DNA of 55,472 nucleotides, counting the filler, from Dirinaria sp. TL-2023a (Eukaryota), in the NCBI GenBank assembly GCA_051941275.1. It is 5 parts of 5 records of this genome, joined end to end, with 100 filler letters (N's around TTAATTAATTAA, not from the genome) between each part and the next. Parts side by side here need not be neighbours in the genome. Positions count along the whole stretch, not along the records: positions 11,140 to 22,177 come from JAVEBF010000881.1; positions 22,278 to 33,308 come from JAVEBF010000882.1; 3 more parts are not named here. One strand, 5' to 3'. Below the pieces are notes generated by a model. The model had not been told where the DNA came from. It made no database searches and worked only from the letters and a program-made list of their open reading frames with translations. Position numbers and translations under genes: made by a program. Positions 12,298 to 24,798 of this stretch are shown here, one piece after another; position 1 is the first letter of the stretch, and each line of letters opens with the position of its first letter.

Positions 12298-14492
12298 TTA
12301 ATTCCCTGTATGCGTGGCAATAACGGCAAGCGCGATCTGATTTTCACATGGGTAAGTACATCATCAGCGTAGCTGAAAGGGAAAGACAAGACACTTACAA
12401 TGGCAGCGATGATGCAAACCCCAACCACCATCATCAAACGGTTCAGATTGCGCCACCACCTTGCGTTTTCGTACTGCGCCTCATCCACAGGCGCGAGTCT
12501 GTCCTCGAGATCTTGTGCGATAGATGCTCTGCTTCCTGGCCGTTCTCGACCTTTATCCATTTTTCCTGTCCCCGGACGAGGTGGGAGAGGAAGAACAGCA
12601 GCTACAAACCAGCCGATGGGAAAGACAAACCCCACCGTGAACAGTACGACCTGGATGTTTCTCCGTTTGGGAGTTTTGGAGACTACGTCTCGGTCGAGGG
12701 CCGGTGCTATGAACAGGCTCCTGCGCTTCGGGACACTACTCCGGTGTTGCCATAGATGCGGAGACCAAGTCTGTGAGACTCTGGCCCGGGGCGCGCCTCG
12801 AACTTCGACGAGGTTGATCTCGGAACGCCGTACGCGGGTGATAGGAACGGAGTCATTTCGGGTGTGGCCGAAGTGGTGTTCGTGAGGTCTGGTCCGGGAC
12901 TGCTGGATGGTGAGAGAAGTCTCGGATGCGGAAGGCTCACTCGTGTAGGCACCAGTACTGTGGTCGGTATAATAGGGCCCGGTACTGTATGAATGATTTT
13001 GGCCGTTTTCCGTAGTGTAAAATCCTCCGGTGGTTGCGGTGTTTTGGATATTGTCTGTTGAGCAATTCTGCGGCAGCATAGAATTACGAGCTCCACGGCC
13101 ATAGTATGTTCTAGCCCACGCTGGTATGCTATCACGGAAAAAGCTGCCTCGTGAGCTTGGTCTTGCGGAGCCTGGCAGTTCATTTCTGCGATTATTTCCC
13201 CATGAGTTTCGAGAAAATATACTAAAACGACCCGAGCCTCGGGAGCCTGGTATTGGGGCAAGATCGCTATCAAATGTGTCCTGATGTTCTCGGACAACGC
13301 GAATCGTCGATCTGCTGACTTCTCTTCGTGGTGGGTGGGTAGACCTTGGGAAGGCAGGGAGGGGCGGGGTTTGTGATGGTGAATTAGCAGCTACAGTAGA
13401 AGTTTTACTGGCACGAGAGGAATCTGGGAGATGTTGACTTCCACTGCTTCGGTCCGTCATTCCCACCGATTCAACAGTGGACAATGGGTTTTTCCAACGG
13501 AAACGGAGGGGGTTTCGGGGAGGTGGTTGACTGGGCAGAGGTTCTGTGCTTTCCGCCCATGATCCTGAAGCAGTGGGAGGTCTAACAATGGGATACTGGA
13601 CATTGGCAACGTTGGCGGCTTCCGACCGAGAGACTGAAACTGCACGGTGACTGGTCGAAGGTTGTTCAGATAACGATGTCTGTGACTGTTGAGAAAATTG
13701 AGGGGTGGGACTCGCCCGTTCACGATTATGCCTTAAATTTGCATTGACGGGTGTGGAAAAAGAGGTTGTCGAGTTGGTTGTAGACGAGCCGGGACGTATG
13801 GGGCTAGGAAAAGCGGAGTAGAAAGGTCGAGCTGGTCGCTCAGATGACTTTCTGATGACAGTCCCAGTAGAATCGTTTGATGAAAGAGAGTTGTCAGATG
13901 CCTTCTGGGCCACGGGTTGCCGATAGTACGCTTCCGTGACGTTTGGGGTAAACGATTGTGAGTCAAGCATGTTAGATCCATCCCCAACGCTAGGCAATTG
14001 TACGATCTCATCAGAGGGACGCTCTTCCTCAGCGGGATCTGCGAGGAAAGTTTGGCTAGTGGGATTATATCCTTCGTCGGCCTCTGGTGTGACATGATGG
14101 GTAGGGGATAGGTGCTCAGAGGTGCTCAGTAGCCATGGCTCCGCGACCGACCCGCTGGAGGTTTCTTCTATATCAGGTTGGCTTTTGCTATTCGCCGTTG
14201 GGCTCGATGTCTGCTCACGTGGCGGGCTTTTGTAAACCTCCGTCGGGCCATGCTCGTCCGAAACACCAACCTTATCTGGCACAGCTCCAGAAGCACGAGC
14301 TGATTTCGGCGGAAGGACATGCGATGGGTGAGTAGGAAACGGGGAACTGGCGTAGATCGGCGCATGAGGATCGCCAATTATGCGTAATGTAGGTGAGACT
14401 CTCTCGTTGGTAGAAGCTTCGGAGCGGTCGTGGAGTGGTCGTCGGGGAGGGGATCGCCTCAACGGGCGAGGCGGTGATGGCATTATGGGCAT
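12298..14492 (-). CDS. Ser/Pro-rich fungal protein with two C-terminal transmembrane segments
   Basis: Long ORF; FTVGFVFPIGWFVAAVLPLP and ENARWWRNLNRLM followed by a TM segment; intron 12337-12398 (GTAAGT..CAG) gives the end IALAVIATHTGN* instead of the ORF-track tail. Confidence 0.8.
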
Positions 14493-15512
14493 TGGTGTAG
14501 GTCATAACGGTCGCAGTGGTGCAGATTCCTGATCTTTGCTTCGTATAATTATGTTGTAGAGTCCATATACAGGTCCGGTGGAGAAGGGTCTCTCGTAGGG
14601 CGTTGATTAAAAGGAGTGCGCTGGTGGTTTTACCGCATGGAATGAAGGAGTGGCTGGGCAACAACGTTCCCTAATGAGTATAATTCAATGAATGACAAGA
14701 AAAGAATCAACAAAAATATTAAAAACAGATCGGGGTATGAAAGAAAAGGGATATGTGTGAAGAAGGCTAAAGTTGAATGATGGTGAAGTGGGATGGACGG
14801 GGGGTTAGGGGGGTTTCTCCGGGTCAGCTAAGAGAGCGCTTTGGTGTGCTAATGCAGGAACGAAAGGCGGGAGCTGAACAAGGTCAATCAATGGCCAGCC
14901 ATGCGACGGCCACTAATTAATAAGTAGGATACTTGGTCTGAAAAATCACCAACTTAAGACGATGGAGGATGGAAGGATAGACTTGAGAAAGACGACTACT
15001 ATTATTCATAGCGATCAAGATACACCAAAAGCCCCAAACTCCATGAATGGCTCGAACGAGGTCAGAACTGGAATACTCCCACTCGCGGCAGTAAGGGCTC
15101 ATTCGGCCCCATTTGCCAATCCGCCCACATAGAAGAAGAAAAAACAAATTTGCAAGAGCAATTTCCAGCTTATCGATAGGGATGTGATTGTTCGATGCTG
15201 ATACGCGTGTCAGAAGCACAGGAGCGCGTTTCGTTTTCTATTTATTCACCCGCGACTTTAATTGATTTCGCTACTTGGAGTTTAGTGCAGGAGTCAATAG
15301 GCAGTCCTGATAGGCAGTCCCTATCTCTCTAAGCGAGTCCAATGGAGATGCAGAAACCAAATGCAGCCTAATCACCAATCAATCGTCACTCCGCATGCAG
15401 TCGTGAAATACGTCGCTCTCGGCCGACTCCAGGCCTCGTCTTGAGACTTGGTTTGAGACAGGAGCACGTTAACGAACAGTGACCTGAAGAAAAGCAAAAG
15501 TGTGCTGTGGAG

Positions 15513-16990
15513 ATGGCTCCTACTGGCGTTTATCACCGCGTTTCCAATTACATCCGCGGAGCTAAAGGTCGGTCATCCCTTCGCTACCTTATTGCGCATT
15601 CATGTAGAGAGAGAAAACACCCCCATATACGCGCTACCTTATGCTTTCCAAAGGCGGTACCACATGTCTTGGACCTTCTTTCTGTATTCCATAGTGGCTT
15701 AAGCTGATATCTTACGGGGTCAGGCAAGGAAGATCCTGTCCCGATGCTTACCACTACCACTGCAGCCGTTCTTTCTGTAGGTATACCCTTCTTTCTTGCA
15801 GTCTAGCGCCGTTGAGGATATCCCAAGATGGGATGCGGTTTTTGCTGTTCATTTTGGGATTGCAAAACTTTTGCGACATCTGTTATGAATGCCGTCGCCC
15901 TCTTTACGCCAGACGGAGTCTCACTGCTGTGCACTGTCGAATGAATATGTTAAAATCTACTGTAAATGGCCGAAGCAGTAGCTAAATCAAACTGTGAACG
16001 ACTAGATAGCCTACACAGTCGTTTACGTCTTCCCATTCTATCTCTCCAAGACAACCCGTCCGTCTCCAAGCCTTTCCCGTGATGCTCCATCTGTCATCCG
16101 GGCTCGCATACGCTTCGTAAGTGCTTCGGTCATCGCTGCCGCAATCTCGACAATCTACATACTTGACGTTTACGCCAAACATTCGATTTTTGAAACACTG
16201 CGCCTCCTTGGATGGTATCCTATCGCTATCCCAGAGATAGCGAAAGTTTTACTTTTGACTGGGATTCTATTCTCCGGCCCCCTTTTTGAAAGGGGAATCG
16301 TGGAGTCGGGATGGCGGGAGTGGCTTCGAGGGAAGAGCCTCCATGAGACTTTGAGCAGCTGGATAGGATGGCGCAATTTTGTCGCTGTATGTTGCTTCAG
16401 GGAACCGTCTTCCTGGTGGAGTTGGTTCGGCGTTAATTGTTGCTAATAGTGGTCTATGCTAGGGTCCCATCACTGAAGAGCTGACATTCCGATCCATGAT
16501 GATCCCCCTCCATCTCTTGGCTTGCGTATCACCGACACGTATAGTTTTGCTTACTCCTCTCTATTTTGGCATTGCCCACGTACATCACTTTTACGAATTC
16601 TCCCTTACTCATCCCCACACGCCACTGCTTCCCGCCTTGCTACGGTCACTGGTCCAATTCACGTATACCACCCTCTTTGGATGGTTTGCTACCTTCGTCT
16701 TTTTGAGGACAGGCAGTCTCTATGCCGTCATCCTCACGCATAGCTTCTGCAACTGGACAGGTCTCCCAAGAGTCTGGGGGAGGGTCGAGCGTAGTGCATT
16801 CATCGGCCCTGTAGGCAGGGAAAGGCCAGACCGAGGGAAGGAAGATCGGGATAAGGTACAGGTAGCCGATGGTCGCTTGGGGTTGCACTGGACTATAGCG
16901 TACTACGTTCTTCTGGTCGCTGGCGCAGTGGGTTTTTATAAGGGGCTGTGGCCATTGACTGAATCCAGAAGGGCTCTGGCAAAGTTATGA
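15513..16990 (+). CDS. RCE1: CaaX prenyl protease 2 (Rce1/Abi family)
   Basis: GWRNFVA|GPITEELTFRS, FGIAHVHH and HSFCN catalytic motifs; introns about 15568-15723, 15777-16005, 16113-ca.16140 (uncertain) and 16387-16462. Confidence 0.9.
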
Positions 16991-17299
16991 CCGCTTATGA
17001 CTACCTTATGCTCTCTACAGCGATGAGGCGCCCTATCAGCAGGCGTCCTATCAGCAATTGTTCATTTACCCATGCCCTCAAGTTGAACCCTCTACATAAT
17101 ACTCCTACAGGGCTGCGGAAGCTGCTACGTGAGGTTTAACTCTTATCAATCTCAGAATAATATTCTGCTTTCGTGGATACAGCCGGACCGGACATTGCAT
17201 ATAGTAGATTTCCTCAAAATCCATCCCCCTATCTACATTGCCCATCAACGCCTCAGCTCCTAATCCATTCGCTAGCCCATTTGATCTCCTCGCCCCATC

Positions 17300-18399
17300 T
17301 TAAGGCGCCACGAAAAGACTCGGTTTCATGTTGATTTTACACAGTTTCGCCACACAGCCTAACAGCTGCACGAGGGTCTGCACACCCTCTAACACTCGCA
17401 TATGGCAGAAGCCAATCTCTCTTATAAATTCCAGCCTGGCATGCTCGCTCAACCCGGGTACCGTCTTCGTAACCCTAAACATGGTGCTGACGATATCGTG
17501 GCAGCTGTATCCCAGATTCCACAGCTCTTGCACGCCTTCCACCGCGTTGTCCACTCTTCCCTCCCAACAAGCCTTGATGACCGCCTGGACCTTGACCGGA
17601 TGCGGAGAGTCCACAACCTTGAAGACATTCTCTCCAGACACGAACCCGAAGCCTGCGGCGGTACTCTGCAGGTTGTTGATGGCTTGCCTCATGTCTCCCT
17701 CGGCACTGAAGACCAAGGCCGCAATGCCGTCATCCGAGTATTTGACATCTTCCGCCTCGCAAATCTTCAACAGCCGGTTGACCAGTTGCTGATCGGTCAG
17801 GCGCGCATACCTCAGGATCGCGCACCTCGACTGCAGCGGCTCGATGATTTTGTTGCTCTGATTGCACGCGAACGCGAACCGTGTCGTGCTCGAGTAGATC
17901 TCCATCGTCCTTCGCAGCGCCTGCTGCGCGCCGCTTGTCATGCTATCTGCCTCATCCAGAATCACCAGTTTATGCCTTCCCTGCGGCAGCGTCACCTTCT
18001 TTTGCGCGAAACCTTTGATCCGATTCCTCACGACATCGATCCCGCGCTCGTCGCTGGCGTTGAGCTCTAGGACTGCTTCTTTGTAGGCGTCGCCGAGGAG
18101 TTGGCGTGCAAGGCAGAGGATCGAGGTCGTCTTGCCGATGCCAGGCATCCCGGAGATGATGACGTGCGGCATGTTGCCATCTTTGGCAATTATTTTGAGC
18201 CGCTCGACGGTCTCTTCGTTGCCGACTATGTCGGAAAGGTAGATGGGACGGTACTTCTCGACCCTGCCGAGGTACATAAGGTCGGGTTTGAGGACAAGAT
18301 GGGGAAAGGTACTTACCAAGGTAGGTCGTAGACTGCACCGTTGGCGTTGGGCTTGATGCCATTACTGGCGGCAGCAGACGATGACTCTGCTTTCGTCAT
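17300..18399 (-). CDS. RFC4: Replication factor C small subunit (yeast Rfc4 / human RFC2 type)
   Basis: LPW|VEKYRP, Walker [37 protein letters not shown]; first exon 18317-18399, intron about 18264-18316. Confidence 0.95.
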
Positions 18400-19985
18400 T
18401 GAGAAATATTGGGTAGATTATTGCATCGTGCTTGGCAAGTGCGTCTTTCAAGTGAAAGACGTGACGCGCTAAAGTAGAGCATCAGATTTACGCGAGCTCG
18501 CAGAGGACTGCGATTGAAGGGAATTGCTGTCTCACTGTCTCAGGCAGTCTGCCGCGAAGCTTGGCAATGATCGGCAAACGTATTAATACCATCATTATTG
18601 CAGAGTTCGCCAGCACTCCGATGCATTATTTTCATGGCTCTCATATGTTGAGCCTGGCTCAAAGATGATGGCACTTCAGTGGACCTTCGATCCTCCGACA
18701 GCGAAAGGACTTGCTCGCGCAATAGCCAGCCCCTGCCCATCGGAGCGCAGGAACGACGCGCGCTTATGCCTGGAGGGGAATTTTCTCCTTTGATCCAAAA
18801 TGGACGTCTGCCTTGTCTTACGCTGGACCTACTATTCGGATGAATTCAGTTGGCTTGCTGAGGCTCTCTGCCTGAGACACGACCCGTCAGGAAACAGGAG
18901 GTGCATGAGTGCATGAGTGCATGACCAATAATGCACTCTTCAACCATGCAAATCGCCCGTATGTTTCAACTATGCTACTACAGCATTCATCATGGGCTGC
19001 TACAGACTCCACGTACTCTCGTCAATGCTGCCGCAAGATTCTCGTTCACGCAAACTGTGATAATTCGTTGCGATTGCGAGGGCAAGCAATGTTTGTCTCA
19101 TGCAACACGTCTTGGCACAGGCTCGGTTTGGGGCGGAGATGCAAAGTCACGAATGACTCGTGTCAGCTAAAGGTAACAACGATGATGATCTTCTGTGTCA
19201 GACAATAACAAGCTGGATCCATCGGATTATTATTCCCTCAAAATTGAAAAACGGTCCAGTCTGGAGCATTTGCGACCACTCAGTTGCCGTTCACCTCTGA
19301 ATCTGCCAAAACAAGCATCGCCTGGCATCCTCCCGTCACGGGCGCTAAGGTACCTAGGGACTATCCACATGTAGCTAGTGTCTAGGTACCTCATCCTTAA
19401 AGCTCCGGGGCAACTTGGCAAGGGTCCGGATTCCAGATCAGTTGCATCATTCACCATCCGCCACTTCCTCAACGATACATACTTTGCAAAAGCTGGAAGG
19501 CCTCTTGTTTCGGCAAGTCAAAGTGCTCTTCCTCCACTCTCTTTCTCTTCTTTCTTTCTTATTATTGATACTTTACTTTTCTTTCCCTTCTCCCCTTCAG
19601 TCTGTGACTAATCGCCTTTTGCAACTTGCCGCCTACCCTCATCAGCCTCGGTACTAGTATTCACCGAATCCTGCACACCTCACGCGTACGTCAGCTTTCT
19701 GACGTACTCCGCCACCCTCAGTCCACCGTCTACCTTCCCTTATTACGACCTGCCGCTATAGTCTTATCCTTCGGTTCAAGCGGATGACTTTGAAAGTCAC
19801 CGAACTCGAGACCAAATCCTAGCTCTAGTCCGCGTCAGCTCCTCTGTCCGGCTTATATCCTGTCGTTCCCCACAGCACCGTACTTACATTCACTCTGCGT
19901 GCTTCAGTTGGCCATTTGTACCAAGTCCAGGAGTTTTTTTGGCGAATAATTACTAGCTTAGAGCTTTTTGATTGTTGCGCACGTT

Positions 19986-21512
19986 ATGAGAATATCTTCA
20001 ACAGCGGCAGTCGCTGCAGCGCTATCAGCTACTGCTTCCTCCGCACTCCACCTGATAGAACGGGATGGATCAAAAGCCGTCGTGGGCATTAATATCAACA
20101 GGAAGCACGTGCAGCACCCAGTGGAAAGAGATCGATTGCGGCGAAGGCAGACGCAAACGGTCTCAGAGACTCTAGACAATGAGGTCAGTATCCTGGTTCT
20201 GACAGCGTCGCAATCATGACTAATGCATTATCAGGAAACGCTCTACTTCGCGAACGTCAGCATAGGTACGCCAGGCCAGCCGTTGCGGCTGCACATCGAC
20301 ACCGGCAGTAGTGACCTGTGGGCAAATTCTCCCAATTCACAGCTTTGCCAAAGTTTCCAAAACCCTTGCCAGGTCTCAGGCACCTACGACCCCAATCAAT
20401 CATCTTCCGCCAAGCTGATCTCAAACGACTTCAATATCTCGTATGTAGACGGCTCCGGGGCCGTAGGTGACTACGTATCAGATACGCTGCACATTGGTGG
20501 TCAAAGCCTCGAAGGTCTGCAGTTTGGCCTTGGGTTAGCCTCCTCATCGCCCGAAGGCATCCTTGGAATTGGATACCCAAGCAACGAAGTTCAGGTCAAC
20601 CGCAACAACAAAAAATCATATGCCAATCTTCCTCAAGCGTTATCAAACGCCAAGCTGACCCAGTCATCCGCATACAGCTTGTGGCTTGATGATCTCGAAT
20701 CGAGCACTGGCTCCATTTTATTTGGGGGAGTGGACACCGACAAATTCCACGGGACACTGTCAACTCTGCCAATTCAGCAAGAGTTTGGGACATTTTCAGA
20801 ATTCATCATAACCCTCTCCGGCCTTTCTCTGACCAAAGGCGGCAAATCTCAGACCTTCTCCACAGATTTGCCCATACCCGTTCTTCTTGACTCCGGGAGC
20901 AGTCTCACCTATCTTCCGAATGACCTCACTCAAAAGGTCTACAGCGCTGTTAACGCCCAATTTAACGGCCAGGACCAGACAGCCATCGTTTCGTGCGATC
21001 TTGCCCAGTCCACTGACACTCTTGACTTTACGTTCACCGACCCCAAAATCTCTGTTCCGATGAGCGAACTGACCATCAATCCTGGCCCTGGAGAAGATGG
21101 TAGCATCGCGACGCTCGCTGATGGCTCCCCACTGTGTATTTTCGGTGTCTCCCCGGCGGATGGCACTACAGCAGTCCTTGGGGATACCTTCATCCGAAGC
21201 GCATACCTTGTCTACGACTTAAGTAATAATGAGATATCGATGGCGCAAACCAACTTCAATGCTACCGACAGCCATGTTATTGAGATTGGTACCGGTACCG
21301 CCGCCGTGCCAAGTGCAACCGTCGTTCCGAGCCCGATCCAGGCGTCAGTGAGTCAGACGGGCGGCGCAAGGTTGTTGGCGCCTACGGCGACCTCGACAAA
21401 AAGCAGTGGTGGAAGTTCGAATAATAGAGACAGTGCCGCCCCTTATGTAGGGGTTGCATACTCCACGTTGGTGGTTTTTGGCAGCGCGGCAGTGGGTTTC
21501 TTTCTAGCATAG
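19986..21512 (+). CDS. GPI-anchored aspartic endopeptidase (yapsin/OpsB-like)
   Basis: Signal peptide, propeptide ending RLRRR, catalytic DTGS and DSGS, LGDTFIRSAY, Ser/Thr linker and hydrophobic C-terminus; intron about 20184-20234. Confidence 0.93.
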
Positions 21513-21829
21513 CGGCGGTTTGAGGGTTTTATGCATAGCGAATTCGAGGTCCAGCCAGGTCTGGTGGCGTCTTTTTTTTGTGGTGCTGCAGGCATATGAA
21601 CCCCTGGCACAAGCTATAAACGAAGAGCTCGCAGGCCCGCCGTTCGGGTCTCTCTGTACATAAAGTACTCCTAGACTAAAGTATTCTTATTCTGATTTTT
21701 CTCAACCTGTGCTCCACTAGATGACCCTTGTTAAGGATCTATACATATAAGGTATAATGAATACGATGTGGGAGATTGACGGGAGCTATATGTTGATTCT
21801 TCCTTTTGATGAAGGCTTGGAAGGGTTTT

Positions 21830-22090
21830 CGGTCCTTGAAGGTAAGGTAGAAGGTACTTTAGGTACATGAGGTAGAGATGAATAAGGTAGATCTTATCTT
21901 ATCTGGCGTAATCTTTTTGGAGATTACTCGCGGGGTGAAAGTGCATAAAGTGTACCTTAAGGTATTGAATAGATATTACGTCATACCATCTTCTCCATCT
22001 CTACCTTAAGGTACCTTAAGGTATTTACCTTATTGTACCTTACCTTACCGGGCATTCCACTTAAGGTACCCTATTCAGATACAGTACCTC
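21830..22090. repeat. Dense cluster of TAAGGTA/TACCTTA motifs including palindromic TACCTTAAGGTA
   Basis: For example ctaccttaaggtaccttaaggtatttaccttattgtaccttaccttacc at about 22001-22049 and gtaccttaaggta at about 21952. Confidence 0.7.
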
Positions 22091-22177
22091 TTTACTCGAT
22101 TAACCAATCGACTACAATCATTCGATACTCAAAAGCCCGATCCCGAGCCTTAAAACCCTAAATCTTTTCCTCTTCGT

Positions 22178-22277
22178 NNNNNNNNNNNNNNNNNNNNNNN
22201 NNNNNNNNNNNNNNNNNNNNNTTAATTAATTAANNNNNNNNNNNNNNNNNNNNNNNNNNNNNNNNNNNNNNNNNNNN
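22178..22277. other. Artificial contig linker
   Basis: N-run, TTAATTAATTAA, N-run. Confidence 0.98.
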
Positions 22278-22788
22278 CGGTGGCGTGGTGGGGTAGCGAA
22301 AGGGGAGGTGGTGTGCCGGTAGTAGTGGTTGCCATATGAAAAAGTAGTTTGGGGATTAAGGATGTAGGGAAGGGAAGGAAGGGTGGAGTTTAGGGATGCT
22401 GGGGTTTTGTGATATACATGTATATGTATATGTTAAGGGATTGAATCGTTTTTTTTTTTCTTTTTTTTCTTCTTCTTCTTTTTTTTTTTTGGACGGATGG
22501 CTGGGTAGGGTTCGTTGAAGAATGGGAAGGTTCGTGGGGGATATATAGTTCATGGATCTTTTTTTGAGAGTTGACGGGACTGATGTATCTACTATGTCCC
22601 ATTTTTTTTTTCTCAGCCTCGGCTCTGATTTGTTATCCGGGCGGAGACATGCAGATTCCATCCAGAGATGGAATGGAGACGACCTACGCGTCACCCTATC
22701 AATCCTTTGAGATCGTGAAGTCGAAAACGATGCCTGTGTCTCCTGTCCCTTACAGCTGGCTCGATTGATAGCACCACATATTCTATTC

Positions 22789-23681
22789 TTATGTTGGGGA
22801 CGGTATAGCTTTTCCCTTACAAGCCGTTGGGAAAGCGGTGAAGTACCTGGTCGGCGTAGGGGCTTGCTGTCCGGGCTTCACGTTGTATCCGTCGTTGGGA
22901 TAGAATCCCATGCGCAAACAGCCGACATCGTACCATCCGCCCAGGCCAGCATTGGCGATACCTGTCACAGAACGATTTTTATTAGCTTCATCTGGCTTAT
23001 CTTTACGATAATAGTGTAGGGGGGGGGAAGGTTACATTTTTCATAGGTGTTGATGATGATCTGTTGATAGGCGAGCGGCTGCCCGCCTCCAGACGGGGGA
23101 TACTCTTTCGTTGGATCCTGGTTCGGGAACAGATTGCAGCCGGGGATCCAGCCCACGTTCGATATATAGTTTACCCCGCGGTTGGTGACTTCGGTGAAGT
23201 TCGGCGAGGAGCTGGACATGGGATTTACAGGGACGTTGGTCATGAAGGAGACCACTTCGCTCACGTCCTTGGAGTGGACGTCTCCCAAGCAGGATTGGCT
23301 GGGTATGCAGTTCAATGCGCCGATGGTTGCTGTGGGCGGTGGCGGTGTCGTCGTCGGTGGTGCGATCGTCGTACTTGGTGCTCTTGACGTACTTGGCGGC
23401 GCTGCAACGGATGATGAAGTGCTTGAGGTAGAACACGCGTCTGGAAGTATCGTGCAGTTGACCCAGCTCCAGTCGGCTATATCGCAGTCCGCACCCCAGT
23501 CTGTGCAATCGCAGTCGCCATCATCAGGACATCCGGGGTCTGTTTGGCGATATGTCAGGCTACGCGGGCTCAGTCTCATGTCGGAGTGTGCAAATCGTGC
23601 GATGTCGACCATGGAGGCTGTGGCCTTGAGCGAGAGTGTGGCGAACCAAACGGCTAAAAGGAGGCGATGGGAAAAAGCCAT
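22789..23681 (-). CDS. Secreted Cys-rich modular protein (small Cys module, Ser/Thr/Pro linker, C-terminal globular domain)
   Basis: Signal peptide; intron about 22962-23035 (GTAACC..ACAG) extends the ORF with C-IANAGLGGWYDVGCLRMGFYPN...PSPT*. Confidence 0.8.
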
Positions 23682-24798
23682 ATTGTAGATTTGAGAGGTT
23701 GCCTGAGAAATCTTTGTCGGTTCGATTGTTGTGCTCTCAGAAACCGGGCGGGAAGAGCGGATCCTTTAAGAGCCATTCGACAGCACACGCTAGAAATCAG
23801 AAAATGCTTCTGCTAGCGTCCCCGGCCAGACCAGGTGTAGGTCATGGATTAACGTAGCATGAGACATGGGTCCAAAGTTGCTGGCTCGAAGCTATCGAGT
23901 TGATTTGGCCCCCTTTTGCTAGGTTGAAGTTTGCTACAATCCCTAAACCCACTCTTACGCGAGTTTTTAGCTAGCATTACGTAGAAATTGCGACTGCGCC
24001 TTCAAGAGGCTGAGCCTTGATTGGAAATAGTTAGAAGGGTATGCTGGATGGGAGGTAGCGCCGGCCGGTATTATTGCCGTGCGGATAGTACCGTATATAT
24101 CAGCTTCGGAACTCGGGCTTAGTAATTTATGCTTGTCGAATGACGGCCTCCTCTAGACACACCAAACACATTCGAAATCGAAATTTTTATTGAATGCGGC
24201 GTCGAAGGATGCATCGATCGACATCTGAAACACAATTAAAATTGGCCTGCGAGCATTGAATGATTGACGGGACGAGCCGCAGCCCCAGCTTGCACGACTC
24301 CGATTGGCTGCGCGCCTGCAGGAATGCTTCCTTATTAGGCTTATTTCCACCTTCATTCAAAGCATCAACGTTAATGAAACGACGATGCTGTATTTTTGCA
24401 GACTAGTGGCGCCGTCACTGCTTGGACACTTTCAGCTTTGGTTTTAGGCTGTTTCCACGAGATGAGAGAAATAGGTACGAGATTTTTAATTACCTGGTTC
24501 TTTCGCAAGCACGATCCCTTGCGAGGAACAGGAAATCGGTGTCTCAGATCTCTTAGAGCAGAGTTGGTAGAGGGCGCAGCACTCAACTTGATAGATTAGA
24601 TGGCGAGAAGAAGACGACCGGGGGTGTCTTTCATGACTACTTACGTAATTTGCTCACAATTAATGTAGCTTTTTAAGGAGCTCTTTTCCCACTCATTCAA
24701 TATGATCCAGACAAGGAGAGCTCACCTCTATATTTCTGTCCCTTAGCGTTTGGATTCTGGTTGTTTAATCCCGCAGCTTCTGCTACTCATCCGCAACC

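Noticed and set aside
6947..16990. Functional clustering of a CaaX substrate (Chs4-like, CSLM) with the CaaX protease RCE1
   Set aside because: The two genes lie on different contigs separated by an artificial linker
15297..17057. Short direct repeats (ATAGGCAGTCC x2 at about 15297; CCTATCAGCA x2 at about 17031) as an array or element ends
   Set aside because: Only two copies each, no spacers and no TSD; consistent with local slippage duplications
17402..18070. 222-aa plus-strand ORF; also 9671-10600(-), 503-961(+), 23182-23688(+) and similar
   Set aside because: Antisense shadows of real GC-rich coding genes, with no recognisable motifs
18860..18910. CTGAGA...ACCCGT resembling a TPP riboswitch core
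   Set aside because: Lacks the downstream TGAT..G.TAAT..GCG elements, and no thiamine-related gene is adjacent
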